DNA from: the human T2T-CHM13v2.0 reference genome, Homo sapiens
DNA: 64,000 nt
Assembly: GCF_009914755.1 (NCBI RefSeq)
Contig: NC_060948.1
Strand: one strand, 5' to 3'
The position numbers and the translations under genes were made by a program. This document shows positions 1 to 12,833 of the stretch, one piece after another. The stretch's first letter is position 1; each line of letters starts with the position of its first letter. The notes beneath the pieces are model-generated. The model was given only the letters and a program-made list of their open reading frames with translations, searched no databases and was not told the DNA's origin.

Positions 1-868
1 TTATAGACAGACAAAGGGGAGGGGGTCCCGTGATGGGATCAGTCAGATGCCCGCCTGGCCACTCCCCCTGAGGGGACTTACGCTCCTCTTAGCATTTGCA
101 GGCCGGTATAAACCCCTGGCTCAGATCCAGCTATGCCCGATGCTGCCTTAAGCCTTATGAGGTCACCACGGAACTGCAGGTGAGGGCCCACTTGAACTCC
201 ATAGCTTTCGCTGTGGAGCTACAAACTGGAGATTCAAGGGCAAGCCTTTGAATTCCACATTCATGCACACATTCACACAGAGTTTATAACAATTTTTCTT
301 ATTCCCGTTCTAAACAGAGGTCTCCGGGAGACCTGAACGAGAGAAAGAGAAGAGATAGAAAAAGGGGGAGGGGGAGAGAGAAAAAAAAAGAGGGGGAGAG
401 ACTGAGAGACTAGTCTTAATGGAGAGGCCGGCCTGCCAGAAACCAGGACTCTGTCCTCCAACATCCTGGAATATGGACAGAGTCAAAGAGAAATGCCCTC
501 ATCAGGGACAGTTCCCGCTCACCAAACCAGAACCAAAGGTGCCTAACAGAAAACCAAGGCTCTGTCCTCCAGTGTCCTGGAATGGGGGCAGAGTCAAAGA
601 GAGAGACACCCTTATCAGGGCCACTTCCCTCTCACCAAACCAGAGTCAGAGCTGACTTACATTCCTGAGACCAGAAACTGAGGACTCAGAAGTTGAATTT
701 TGTGGGCACACTCCAGTGGTCGATCCGTTCTCCTCCGGAAGACGGAGTCTTATGGGGCCCTGGGACATCTTCAGGTGGTGCCTCCCCTATAAGTCCACCG
801 TATGGGGGAGGCTGGAATGAGTCCAGCTCTCACCTGGTGGCAAATATCTCGCTGGGGTCTCCAAATAT
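1..868 (-). mobile_element. HERV-T (HERVS71-like) internal 5' leader region; the provirus continues beyond the left edge
   Basis: Directly follows an LTR6-type LTR on the - strand and starts with a PBS. 846-863 ATCTCGCTGGGGTCTCCA matches the recalled 3' end of tRNA-Thr(TGT) at 17/18. A - strand GTAAGTCAG splice-donor-like site lies at ~652-660. Confidence 0.8.
846..863 (-). promoter_or_regulatory. Retroviral primer-binding site (tRNA-Thr)
   Basis: The - strand reads TGGAGACCCCAGCGAGAT, 5 nt after the LTR end (...TGGTTACA). Confidence 0.85.
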
Positions 869-1427
869 TGTAACCAAGTGAGTTATAGAGAAACGCCACA
901 CTTTGAGACTAATTAAAGAGACCTTTATTAGCTGGCGACTGAGAGATGGCTAATGCTCGAAATTCCCTCAGCCCTGAAGAAGGGGCTAGATTTTCTTTTA
1001 TACTGTGGTTTAGAGAGGGGAGGGGGAATTGAGCTGAAGCAATCTTACAGAAGTAAAACAGGCAAAAAAGTTGAAAAGACACATGGTTACAGGAAAACAA
1101 ACAGTTCCAGGTGCAGGGGCTTTAAACTCATCACAAGGTGATAGGTGCGGGGGCTCTGGGTGCTATCTGCCAGACACAAAAGCGGGGCCTTAGGGTACTA
1201 TCACCCAGGTGAATTCCTGGGAACTGTGGACATAGCTTGCCACCTTACCTTATCAGTTAATTGCACTCTTTGATGTGCTAAGTGTCAGCTTGCACAAGTT
1301 AAGTCCTTGAGGAAGGGGGTGGGTAACGAGCCCTTAATGTCTTGCAAATGAAGGAGCCAAATGGAATCCATCCAGCTTTTTCAGCTAAGAGAGAGTCAAT
1401 AAAGTTAATACAAGTTAGGGTATCAGA
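869..1427 (-). mobile_element. LTR6-type 5' LTR of HERV-T
   Basis: The - strand begins TCTGATACCCTAACTTGTATTAAC...GACTCTCTCTTAGCTGA (recalled LTR6 start TGTGATACCCTAAC) and ends ...TGGTTACA. Length ~560 bp. Confidence 0.8.
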
Positions 1428-1656
1428 CATCTGCATCTCGCTATTGAGTCACAGGAAATAGCAGTCTGACCCTCGTTTGGTCTGGGGACACAAGTGCAGG
1501 AATTCAGGCCAAGATAATAACCTCCCATAAAGATGAATGTCTTAATTTAGTTAAGAAGGTCGGAAGACCTTCACCTTCCCAGCAAGCCGCCTTGAAATGC
1601 CTACTTCCTGTGCCAAATTGTAGATAGTCATTTCTGTGTTTTGCTTTTCTCTCCAG

Positions 1657-1806
1657 GGAATCTTTGCCGGTGCTACTGTTTTTATGCTTGCTTCTGAAGA
1701 CGTGTGAACCTAAAACTGCAAATGCCTTTAAACCAAATATCCTACTGATCATGGCGGATGATCTAGGCATTGGGGATCTCGGTTGCTATGGGAACAATAC
1801 ACTGAG
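1657..1806 (+). pseudogene. ARSDP1: ARSD-like exon 2 (150 bp, open)
   Basis: ctccag|G GAA TCT...CTG AG|gtac; translates ESLPVLLFLCLLLKTCEPKTANAFKPNILLIMADDLGIGDLGCYGNNTLR. Confidence 0.95.
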
Positions 1807-1985
1807 GTACAGTTGGTTGTTGCTATTGGTGATGATGTGATGTGAGTTTGAAGGAATAGTGCATTTAAAATCTGCCTGGAGAAATTAGGAAACTCCTTAG
1901 GGCCTCAGAACTCAACAAAAAACTACCAACAGGTAAAAAGGCCCTTTTAAACGCTGCAGAACTGCGGTGAGGGGGTGAATGTATT

Positions 1986-2790
1986 ACTACCACAAAATGG
2001 GTAGCTTAAAACAACAGAAATTTGTTCTCCCAGGTCTGGAGACCAGAAATCTTAAATCCAGGTGTGGGCAGGGCCGGGCTCCCTCGGGGGGCCCTATGGG
2101 AGGATCCTTCCGGACTTTCCCAGCTCCTGGGGGCTCCAGGTGTCCCTGAGCTTGTGGCCGCATCACTACAGTCTCTGCCTCCATCTCCACGGGGCCTTCT
2201 CCTCTGTGTCTGTGTCCTAATCTCCTCATCCTATAAGGACACCGGCCATTGCAGCAAGGCCTGCCCACTGTAAAGATCTCATCTTCTGTTGATTACATTT
2301 GCAAACAACGTCTGTTGTGGGCTGAATTCTGGCCTCCTCCAAATTTGTAGGTTGAAGCCCTAACCACCAGTACTTCAGGGTGTGACCGTATTCAGAGATG
2401 GGGTCTTTGAAGAGGTAATTAAGTTAAACTGAGGTCCTTAGGGTGAGCCCTAATCTGATATGGATTACTAAAAGAGGAGATTAAGACACCAACAGAGCTC
2501 CCTGAGAGGCTGTAGGGGAGGACCCTTCCTGACTCTCCCAGCTCCTGGGGGCTCCAGGCATCTCTGGCTTTGTGGCCACATCACTCCAGTTTGTGCCTCC
2601 GTCCCCACGTGGCCTTCTCCCCTGTGTCTGTGTCTCCTCCTCTGTCTCTCAGAAGGACACTGGTCATTGCATCTAGGGCCCTCTCTAAACCAGGATGATC
2701 CCATCTCAGGGTACCTAACTAATAAGGTCTCACGCACAGGTTTGTGGAGTCAGCACATGGACAGATCGGTTTGCAGACCCCCATTCAGCC
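1986..2790. mobile_element. Cluster of MaLR MLT1-type LTR fragments in mixed orientation
   Basis: Typical motifs: GCTTAAAACAACAGAAATTT, CTGGAGACCAGAAATC, GGGTCTTTGAAGAGGTAATTAAGTTAAA. Confidence 0.75.
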
Positions 2791-3574
2791 CACTGCAGTG
2801 GCATGTGCAAACACAGAGTAGTAGCCTCTATGCCAGCCTTACCAGCAGAGCGCTTGAGTGGTGCTCACATGCTTTCTGCAACAGGAGAAAAGGTGAGAAA
2901 CCTCCTTATTCATTTGGTGGGCTTTTAGAAGGACTGCCTCAGAATGCAGGCTGCATCTGCTTTTTAAAAGATGCCAACCTCAGGAGCAGTTGCCGCAGAG
3001 CAGGGCCTCCCTTCTTTGTAGAGGACAATGCAGCACCTGCAGCAGTCTGCCCTGTGGGGGCTGGGAGGGTGGCTCCCGCATGTCATCCCAGCACCTTGGG
3101 AGGCCAAGGAAGGTGGATCACTTGAGCCCAGGTGTTTGAGACCAGCCTGGGCAACATGGCAAAACCCTGTCTCTATGAAATACACAAAAAATTTGCCAAG
3201 CATGGTGGTGCATGCCTGTAGTCCCAGCTACTCAGGAAGCTGAGAGTGGAGGATGGCTTGAGCCCGGGAGGTGGAGGTTATGGTGAGCTGAGGTTGCGCC
3301 ACTGCATTCTAGCCTGGGCCACAGAGCAAGACCCTGTCTCTAAATCAATCAATCAATCAATCTGCCCCTTGTCCAGGGATCCCCTTTCGAACACCCTGAG
3401 CAAGCCTGGTTGTAATTCACAGAACATGCAGTTCATCTGTTTACAGTGTACAGTTCAGGGACTTTTATTCTATTCATGGAGCTGTGCATCTGTCACCACA
3501 AACCATGTTAGAGCATTTGCATACCCCCAAAGAAACTCTGCATCCCCTTAGCCATCACCTCCAGCGAGGAGCGA

Positions 3575-4262
<688 letters not shown>

Positions 4263-5373
4263 ACTCCTCCACCTCTCAGCACCCTAACCCTCCGTGTCTG
4301 GCAGCCACTAATGTACTTTCCATCTCTATAGACTCCCCTGTTAGGGACATTTCATACAAATGCAATTATATAACCTGTGGTCTTTTATGTCAGGATGCTT
4401 TCACAGACCAGTGTTTTCAGGGTTCCTCCCTGTGGCAGCAAGTGTCAGTACCGTGCCTCACGCCTTGCAGTGGCTGAATCTATGAGAATTCCACAGATTC
4501 CATTCTATGTGGATACCTCTTTTGGCTTCCTTTTTTTTCTTTTTTGAGACAGGGTCTCACTTTGTTCTTTCACCAAGCCTGGAGAGCACTGGTGCGATCT
4601 CGGCTCACTGCAACCCCCGCCTCCTGGGCTCAAGCTATTCTCCTGTCTCAGCCTTCCGGGTAGCTGGGATTACAGGTGTGCACCATCTTGCCTGACTAAT
4701 TTTTGTATTTTTTTTTTAGTAGAGACGGGGTTTTACCATGTTGGCTAGGCTGGTCTTGAACTCCTGACCTCAAGTGATCTGCCCGCCTAGGCCTCCCAGA
4801 GTGTTGAGATTATTGGCATGAGTCACCATGCCCGGCCCTCACTGTTTTTTGATATCTGATGCTGAAAGCTTTTAGGCCTCTTCTCTCTGTGTTCCCCATC
4901 TGGACAAGCAGATAAGAAAGCACAGGGAATGTCTACTTTGGTGCTGATGGCAGATTCAGACCATAAACGCCCCCACCCTTGCATGGGAACTCTCATCCAA
5001 TCCCCACACCCTCACAGCAATTAAAAACATAAATCTCCTTTCTTTGCTTCCTTATTTCACATGAGCTTGGAAGGTCTGCACTGCTCTCCCTAGAAAGCCT
5101 CATAATGTTTGTCATAAGTTGTCTCATGTACTCTGTGTGTGTGTGTTGGTGTGTGTGTGGGTGTGTGTGTGTGTGTGTGTGACGTCACCCATCTCAACAT
5201 CAACACCAAACTTAGGATAGCGGTCAATCTGCCTCTACAGGAGGCCATAATGCAACTAATTCTGAAATCCAGTGAAGTCTTCACAGTCTATTCCTGTGCC
5301 TTTCAGAGCAGGGATCTGCTTAAGCCAAATGCATGTCTCCCTTCCAGCAATGACATTTGTGTGCTTTGCCCAG

Positions 5374-5495
5374 AATGCCAAATATTGACCAGCTTGCAGA
5401 GGAAGGTGTGAGGCTCACTCAGCACCTGGCGGCCACCCTGCTCTGCACCCCAAGCCGAGCTGCATTCCTCATGGGGAGACATTCTTTCAGGTCAG
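5374..5495 (+). pseudogene. ARSDP1: ARSD-like exon 3 (122 bp, open; sulfatase CxPSR motif)
   Basis: cccag|A ATG CCA AAT...TCA G|gttgg; translates [41 protein letters not shown]. Confidence 0.95.
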
Positions 5496-5814
5496 GTTGG
5501 TGTCATGGAGATGATGGAAGAATGGGCACATCTGTGTGCACTCATTCTATCATCTGTAACAGTTGAGTACTGATGGTGAAGATATAGGGGCAATGGTACA
5601 AAGATTATCTGCAATTCATCCTCTTCCCTATATTTATGTAAGGAATATTGTATTGTGTGCATACACATAAAAGTTGTGATCATTAGGATGTGAACAGAAA
5701 AGCCAAGGTCTGTTGAATATTTTAAAGAGGTTTATTCTGGAGCCAGTATGACTGATCACAAGACCAAGTGTGTCTTAGAGAGAGCAAAGTTTCCCCAAGT
5801 TGAGAAGCATTGTG

Positions 5815-6515
5815 AGATAGATAGATAGACAGATAGACAGACAGATAGATAGATAATTGATAGCTAGATACATGCTAGATGGATGATAATGGTAGATGAT
5901 GGATAATTGATAGATAAATATCTAGATGATGATGATACATAATGATAGATGATTGATAATGACATGATAGGTGATTGATAGCTAGACAGCTAGATAACAG
6001 GTGATTATAATGATAGATGATAGAGAAGTGATAGATGATAATGATAGCTGATTGATAGCTAGATGAGTAATGATAATGATATATAAGAGATACATAGATG
6101 GATAGATATAGATGATAGATGATGGATACATATTGGGATAGATAGGTGATAGGTAAACAGATAGATAGCATATGAGAGATCACATAGAGTCTGTCATCCT
6201 AAGGTAGGGTGTCTCTGTTTTGGCATGATGGACATTTGGGGCTAGAAAATTCTCTATGGTGAGGCCGTTCTGTGCACTGTATGTAGGGTCTTGAACAGCA
6301 TACGTGGGCTCCACACACCTGATATGAGTAGCACCACACCCCACTCTTTCTGAGTTGTGACACCACAAACATCTTCAGACATTGGCCATGCTTATTATTT
6401 TGAGAATAGTATGATAGGTAGGTAGGTAGGTAGGTAGGTAGGTAGGTAGATAGATGACAGATGATAGATGGGTAGATAAGTGATAGCTCCATACATGATA
6501 GATGGATGATAGATA
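5815..6515. repeat. Degenerate (GATA)n tract with a (TAGG)n run at ~6414-6448, surrounding a MER20-like DNA transposon (~6203-6390)
   Basis: Repeats are directly visible. MER20 motifs GACATTTGGGG...TGTGCACTGTA...GTTGTGACACCAC are present. Confidence 0.85.
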
Positions 6516-6630
6516 ACAGCAGCTTGGCTCGGCTGCGCAAATCCAGATCTCAGACACCAAATCCCCATAGTTGAGAAGTCCTCCTCTAGAGAAGGGAAAG
6601 TAAATTCTTACTCTCTTCCCTGCCCCACAG

Positions 6631-6752
6631 GCATGGACGCCAGCAATGGATACTGGGCCCTTCAGTGGAATGCAGGCTCAGGTGGCTCCCTGAGAACGAA
6701 ACCACTTTTGCAAGAATCTTGCAGCACCGCGACTATGCAACTGGCCTCATAA
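6631..6752 (+). pseudogene. ARSDP1: ARSD-like exon 4 (122 bp, 1-bp deletion frameshift)
   Basis: cacag|GC ATG GAC GCC. MDASNGYWALQWNAGSGG is followed by a frame switch at ~6686 to LPENETTFARILQHRDYATGLI; donor A|gtgtgg. Confidence 0.93.
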
Positions 6753-7883
6753 GTGTGGATATGTGGGAGCCTTATATTATATGGTGGTTGAGAAGATTCA
6801 TGATAAAAAAGATCCCAGTCTGGGTGCAGTGGCTCATGCCCGTAATCCCAGCACTTTGGGAAGATGAGGTGGGCAGATCACGAGGTCAGGAGTTCAAGAT
6901 CAGCGTGACCAACATGGTGAAACCCTGTCTCTACTAAAAATACAAAAATTAGCTGTGCGTGGTGGCGCACACCTGTAATCCCATCTACTCAGGAGGCTGA
7001 GGCAGAAGAATCACTTGAACCCGGGAGACAGAGGTTTCAGGGAGCTGAGATCGCACCACTGCACTCCAGTCTAGGCAACAGAGCAAGACTCTGTCTCAAA
7101 AAAATAATAATAATAAAATAATAAAAATAATCCTGTTTTCCCTCAAAGGAAAACAATCCTGTCTCCTCTGAATCAGAAGTTGGTGCCCAGGGGGCCAGGT
7201 GCGGTGGCTCATGCCTGTAATCCCAGCACTGTGGAAGGCTGCGGCGGGCAGATCATGAGGGCAGGATATTGAGACCATCCTGGCTAACACAGTGAAACCC
7301 CGTCTCTACTAAAAAAAAGGCAAAAAATTAGCCAGCCACGGTGGTGGGTGCCTGTAGTCCCAGGTACTCAGGAGGCTGAGGCAGGAGAATGGCATGAACC
7401 CAGGAGGAAGAGCTTGCAGGGAGCCGAGATTGTGCCACTGCACTCCAGCCTGGGCGACAAAGCGAGACTCCGTCTCAAAAAAAAAAAAAAAAGAAGTTGG
7501 TGCCTGGTCCGTCTCATACCTATTGGATTGTTCCCAGTTTTTTTGAGTTTTTTTCTTTTTAAATTCCAAATCCTAGGAGATTGCCCTCTTTTCTTCTCTA
7601 GACCTATCAGTCTTCAGCTTGTCCCCATTTATCATGACCTTCTTCAGACATTATCTTTCTCTACATGTTCACTCATCATCTCAAAACCCCCAGAGTTAAC
7701 AAACACTGCCTTCCTTTAGACAACAAGCCCCAGCAGGGGCACAACACCTTCTTTATAACAGATACCATGTCAGGGGTCTCCAAGAGCACCATTTAAAAGA
7801 GACAGCATGTCAAAAGTCTCAAAGACCACCCTTTATAAGAGCATGTCAGGGGTTTCCAGGACCACCCTGTATCAGAGACAGCA

Positions 7884-8835
7884 TGTCAAGGGTCTCCGAG
7901 ACCACCCTTAAGTTCAGGAAGTTGCTAGGAGGACTTGGCATACAGTTGTGCTCATGGGTGATTTATGACAGTCAAAGGAGGTAAGGCAAAATCAGTGAAG
8001 GGAATTACATGGATGAAGCCCAGGACAGACCAGACACAAGCTCCCAAGAATCCTCCCACAGTGGGATCACATAGGATGCACCAATTCCTCCAGAAATGAG
8101 TTTTAACAACACGCATGGAATGCTGTCTATTAGGGAAGCTCCGGGGAGATTCAGCGCCCAGGGGTTTCTGTTGGGGGCTGGTCCTGCAGGCACTCACTGC
8201 CTGGCACCAACCCGAATTCCAGACTCCCAGAGCCAAAGGAGATGTTTAGCATGTTTCACTCATGTCCTTGTGAAGGGACCACCAAACAGGCTTTGTGTGA
8301 GCAATAAAGCTGTTTATTTCACCTGGGTGCAGGCAGGCTGAGTCCAAAAAGAGAGTCAGCGAAGGGAGATGGGGATGGGGCCATTTTATAAGATTTGAGT
8401 AGGTAGTGGAAAATTACAGTCAAAGAAGGTTGTTTCCTGGCAGGCAGCAGGGGCAGCCGGGAGGGTCACAAGGTGCTCAGTGGGAGAGCGTTTGAGCCAG
8501 GATAAGCCAGGAGAAGGAATTTCACAAGGTAATGTCATCAGTTAAGGCAGGAACAGGCCATTTTCACTTCTTTTGTGGTTCTTCAGTTACTTCAGGCCAT
8601 CTGGATGTATACATGCAGGTCACAGGGGATATGATGGCTTAGCTTGGGCTCAGAGGCCTGACAGCATGAACCACATTGCTTTTGCATATAGCTTAGGCAG
8701 TCAGCTTACTATTTTAATAATGTGAATTCTCCACTGGAAATCCAGATCTCAAACACCAGCCATGGGGAATCTTACAAGCCGGCCTTCCTAAGGGGCACTA
8801 GCTCAGGCCTGCCCCTTAAACTCCTTTCTGCACGG
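7884..8835 (-). mobile_element. MER21-family LTR, interrupted by LTR7
   Basis: TGTCAAGGGTCTCCGAGACCACCC...GCAAAATCAG...GGGAAGCTC...TTCCAGACTCCCAGA, continuing after 8668. Confidence 0.7.
8254..8663 (-). mobile_element. Solo LTR7 (HERV-H) with 5-bp TSD GCATG
   Basis: The - strand reads TGTCAGGCCTCTGAGCCCAAGCTAAGCCATC...AATAAACAGCTTTATTGCTCACACAAAGCC...GTGAAA. GCATG flanks it at 8249-8253 and 8664-8668. Confidence 0.92.
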
Positions 8836-9171
8836 AGAGGAAAGGAGGGAGATGTTGGTTTATGCCGCCAAGCACCAGGCAGTCTGCTGGTTACCTCCTT
8901 CATTCCTTACACAGCCTGTGGGTTTAGAGGTGCTGTCCCCGTCATACACATGAGAACGTGGGAGCGCAGTGGTGAGGCCACCCGCCCCAACCTGGTGGTG
9001 GGATTTCTGTGCAGGGTCCCCAGTTCCTCTCTGTGCTTTTCTCACACTCAAAGCCACTGTCCCATTCACAGGAGCCGCAACACCCCAACTTGTCCAAAGC
9101 TGTGGTTTTCTAAAGGAGGACAACCATTGTTCCTCCTTTTCAAGTTTCCTGCCACTTTATTTTTATTTTGA

Positions 9172-9597
<426 letters not shown>

Positions 9598-9600
9598 TAG

Positions 9601-9798
<198 letters not shown>

Positions 9799-10312
9799 TA
9801 GCCTCCAAAACTGATGAGATTACAGGTGTCAGCCACTGCACTCAGCCAATTTTTCTTTCTTTTGTTAACTATTTTAGTGGATTTACTTTTGTTTACCAAG
9901 ATTGCATGCATCTTGGTAAACATTTGCATTTCTTCTAAGAGTCTTCATTTTGTGGTACACATACTCAGTCTGTTTTGGTGAAAGCCTGTTCTTCATGTTC
10001 CAGAGACACTCCTCACTATATCCAAGCATATTTTTTCCCCTAAATGTAAGAAGGGGGAATAGGAGTGTGTCTGGGTTTGAGAAAAAGATACATTTTTAGG
10101 GATTCTGAGGACAGTTTGTGAGGAATGGTCAGGAGGAAGTAGGGAGAAACCAGCTTGAACTCCTCCACTGTTTTGTTTGTTTGTTTGTTTTTGGAGACAG
10201 GGTCTTACTTACTGGGTGTCCCAGGCTGGAGTTGGAGTGCAGTGTCACAGTCTTGGCTCACTGAAACCTCTACCTCCCAGGCTCAAGCAATCCTCCCACC
10301 TCAGCCTCCTGA

Positions 10313-10495
<183 letters not shown>

Positions 10496-10814
10496 TAGTT
10501 TCAAGTGGGGCAAATAAGGCCCTGAAACCTTTCCCATCTATTTCTGTACCTGAATTTGAGTTGGCAGGTGGTCTGGATGTGAGATGGACAGAAGGGTTGC
10601 ATGGACACCCCAGTTCTCAGACATTCTCCTGAAATTTGAGGTGTGGGCTTCCCCACATTCTAGCTCTACGATATTGTTCTAACAGTTATTGCCTTAGGAA
10701 AAATTGTATAAGGGCATTTTGATTACAAGTTGGTGGAGAGAGCCAGTTTCTGCTACTACATTTCAGAATTATTCAGGAGTCAACTATCATTAGTAACTGG
10801 TTACCTTTTAAGTA

Positions 10815-12350
10815 ACATATATATTTATATACATATAAAATATAATATATAATATATACTTTATTTTTTATACACTTAAATATATATTTATATACTTTAT
10901 TTTTACTTTAATACTTATATATAACTTATAATACTTATATTTACTTATATACAACTATTATGTATTACTCATATATAACATATAATATATATTACCTTAT
11001 AAAATATGTAAGTATATATTATATATGACATATAAAATATATAGGTAATGTATACTTACAAATTTTAGGTAATATATCTGTTACTTAAAGATATTTACCT
11101 GTGGTGAGGCGTGGTGGCTCACACCTGTAATCCCAGCATTTTGGGAGGCTGAGGCAGGCAGATCACCTGAGGTCAGGAGTTCAAGACCAGCCTGACCAAC
11201 ATGGAGAAACCTCATCTCTACTAAAAATACAAAAAATTAGCCGGAGACGGTGGTGCATGCCTGTAATCCCAGTTACTCAGGAGGCTGAGGTAGGAGAATT
11301 GCCTTAACTGGGAGGCAGAGGTTGCAGTGAGCCAAGATTGTGCCACTGAACTCCAGCCTGAGTGACACAGCATGACTCCATCTCAAAAAAAAAAAAAACT
11401 ATTTACCTGTATATATAGGTTATATATATTTATAGATTACCTATGTATATATAAATATTAATATTTATACAGATATATATATCTATATGTTATGAATGTA
11501 TATTTAAAAATTAATACATTTTATTTATATTAATATATTTGTATATATAAATATTAATATTTTTATATACATAGGTTATATATATTATATATAACCTGTA
11601 TTCATATAGGTTATATAGAATATATATTTGTATTTATTTATATATATAAATTTATATATAGGGTCCCTTTGATGTATTGTGTATTCTTACATTATAAAGG
11701 TTTTCTTTTTTCAGTATAATATATAATATGCTATAACATATAATATGTAACTATATATTTGTAATGTATATGATATATAACCTATATTTGCATTATATAT
11801 AAATATAAATATTTTGAAAGGTATGCAACTCCTATATTGAAAGGTATGTAACTATAACATTTTAAATATTTATATTTATCACATTATATTTATAGTTATA
11901 TAGGTTATATATTACATATAAAACCTATATTATAGGTAATATATTACATATAAAACCTACATTATAGGTTATATATATAACCTATATTATAGGTTATATA
12001 TATAACCTATAATAGGTTATATATATAACCTATAATATAGGTTATATATATAACCTATATTATAGGTTATATATATAACCTATATTATAGGTTATATATA
12101 AAACCTATAATATAGGTTATATATAAAACCTATATTATAGGTTATATATATAACCTATATTATAGGTTATATATAAAACCTATAATATAGGTTATATATA
12201 AAATCTATATTATAGGTTATATATAAAATCTATATTATAGGTTATATATAAAATCTATATTATAGGTTATATATAAAATCTATATTATCGGTAATATATA
12301 TCCTATAATATAAATACATGTATTACATATATATGTAAATGATATTTTGT
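10815..12350. repeat. AT-rich low-complexity region containing a 25-bp palindromic minisatellite (~11963-12288) and an Alu (~11103-11398)
   Basis: AGGTT recurs at 11966, 11991, 12014, 12039 and then every 25 bp to 12264. Confidence 0.92.
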
Positions 12351-12447
12351 AAATTATTTAATAGAATGGTCTAGGGTTGCAAGACTGTAAGAGCAACATT
12401 CTGGAAAGTGTTAAAACTTTTATTTATTTATTTATTTATTATTGCTA

Positions 12448-12747
12448 TTTTTTTTTTTTTTTTTTTTTTTGTGGAGTCTCTCTCTGTCGCCCAGGCTGGA
12501 AAGCAGTGGCACGATCTCCGGCTCACTGTAAGCTCCGCCTCCCGGGTTCACGCTGTTCTCCTGCTTCAGCCTCCTGAGTAGCTGGGACCACAGGCGCCCG
12601 CCACCACGCCCAGCTAATTTTATTGTATTAAGAAGAGACGGGGTTTCACCGTGTTAGCCAGGATGGTCTCGATCTCCTGACTCCGTGTCCTCCCATCTCG
12701 GCCTCCCAAAGTTCTGGGATTACAGGCGTGAGCCACGGCTCCCCGCC
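12448..12747 (-). mobile_element. Young (AluY-like) element
   Basis: Diagnostic CACCGTGTTAGCCAGGATGGTCTCGATCTCC; CpG-rich; poly-T. Confidence 0.88.
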
Positions 12748-12833
12748 AAAAGTCTTAAACCTTTAATCACTTGCCAAGGGTTCTGACATGGATACATTCA
12801 TTAGTCTTTCACGGATCAGAATGCATTCATTTA

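Noticed and set aside
846-863. tRNA-Thr gene
   Set aside because: Only the 3' 18 nt including CCA are present, next to an LTR end. This is a retroviral PBS with no cloverleaf.
1-1427. The HERV15 provirus that mediates AZFa deletions
   Set aside because: The PBS is Thr-type and the LTR is LTR6-like, indicating HERV-T rather than HERV15.
7762-7910. CRISPR-like short repeats
   Set aside because: These are contiguous tandem copies of an LTR terminus without unique spacers.
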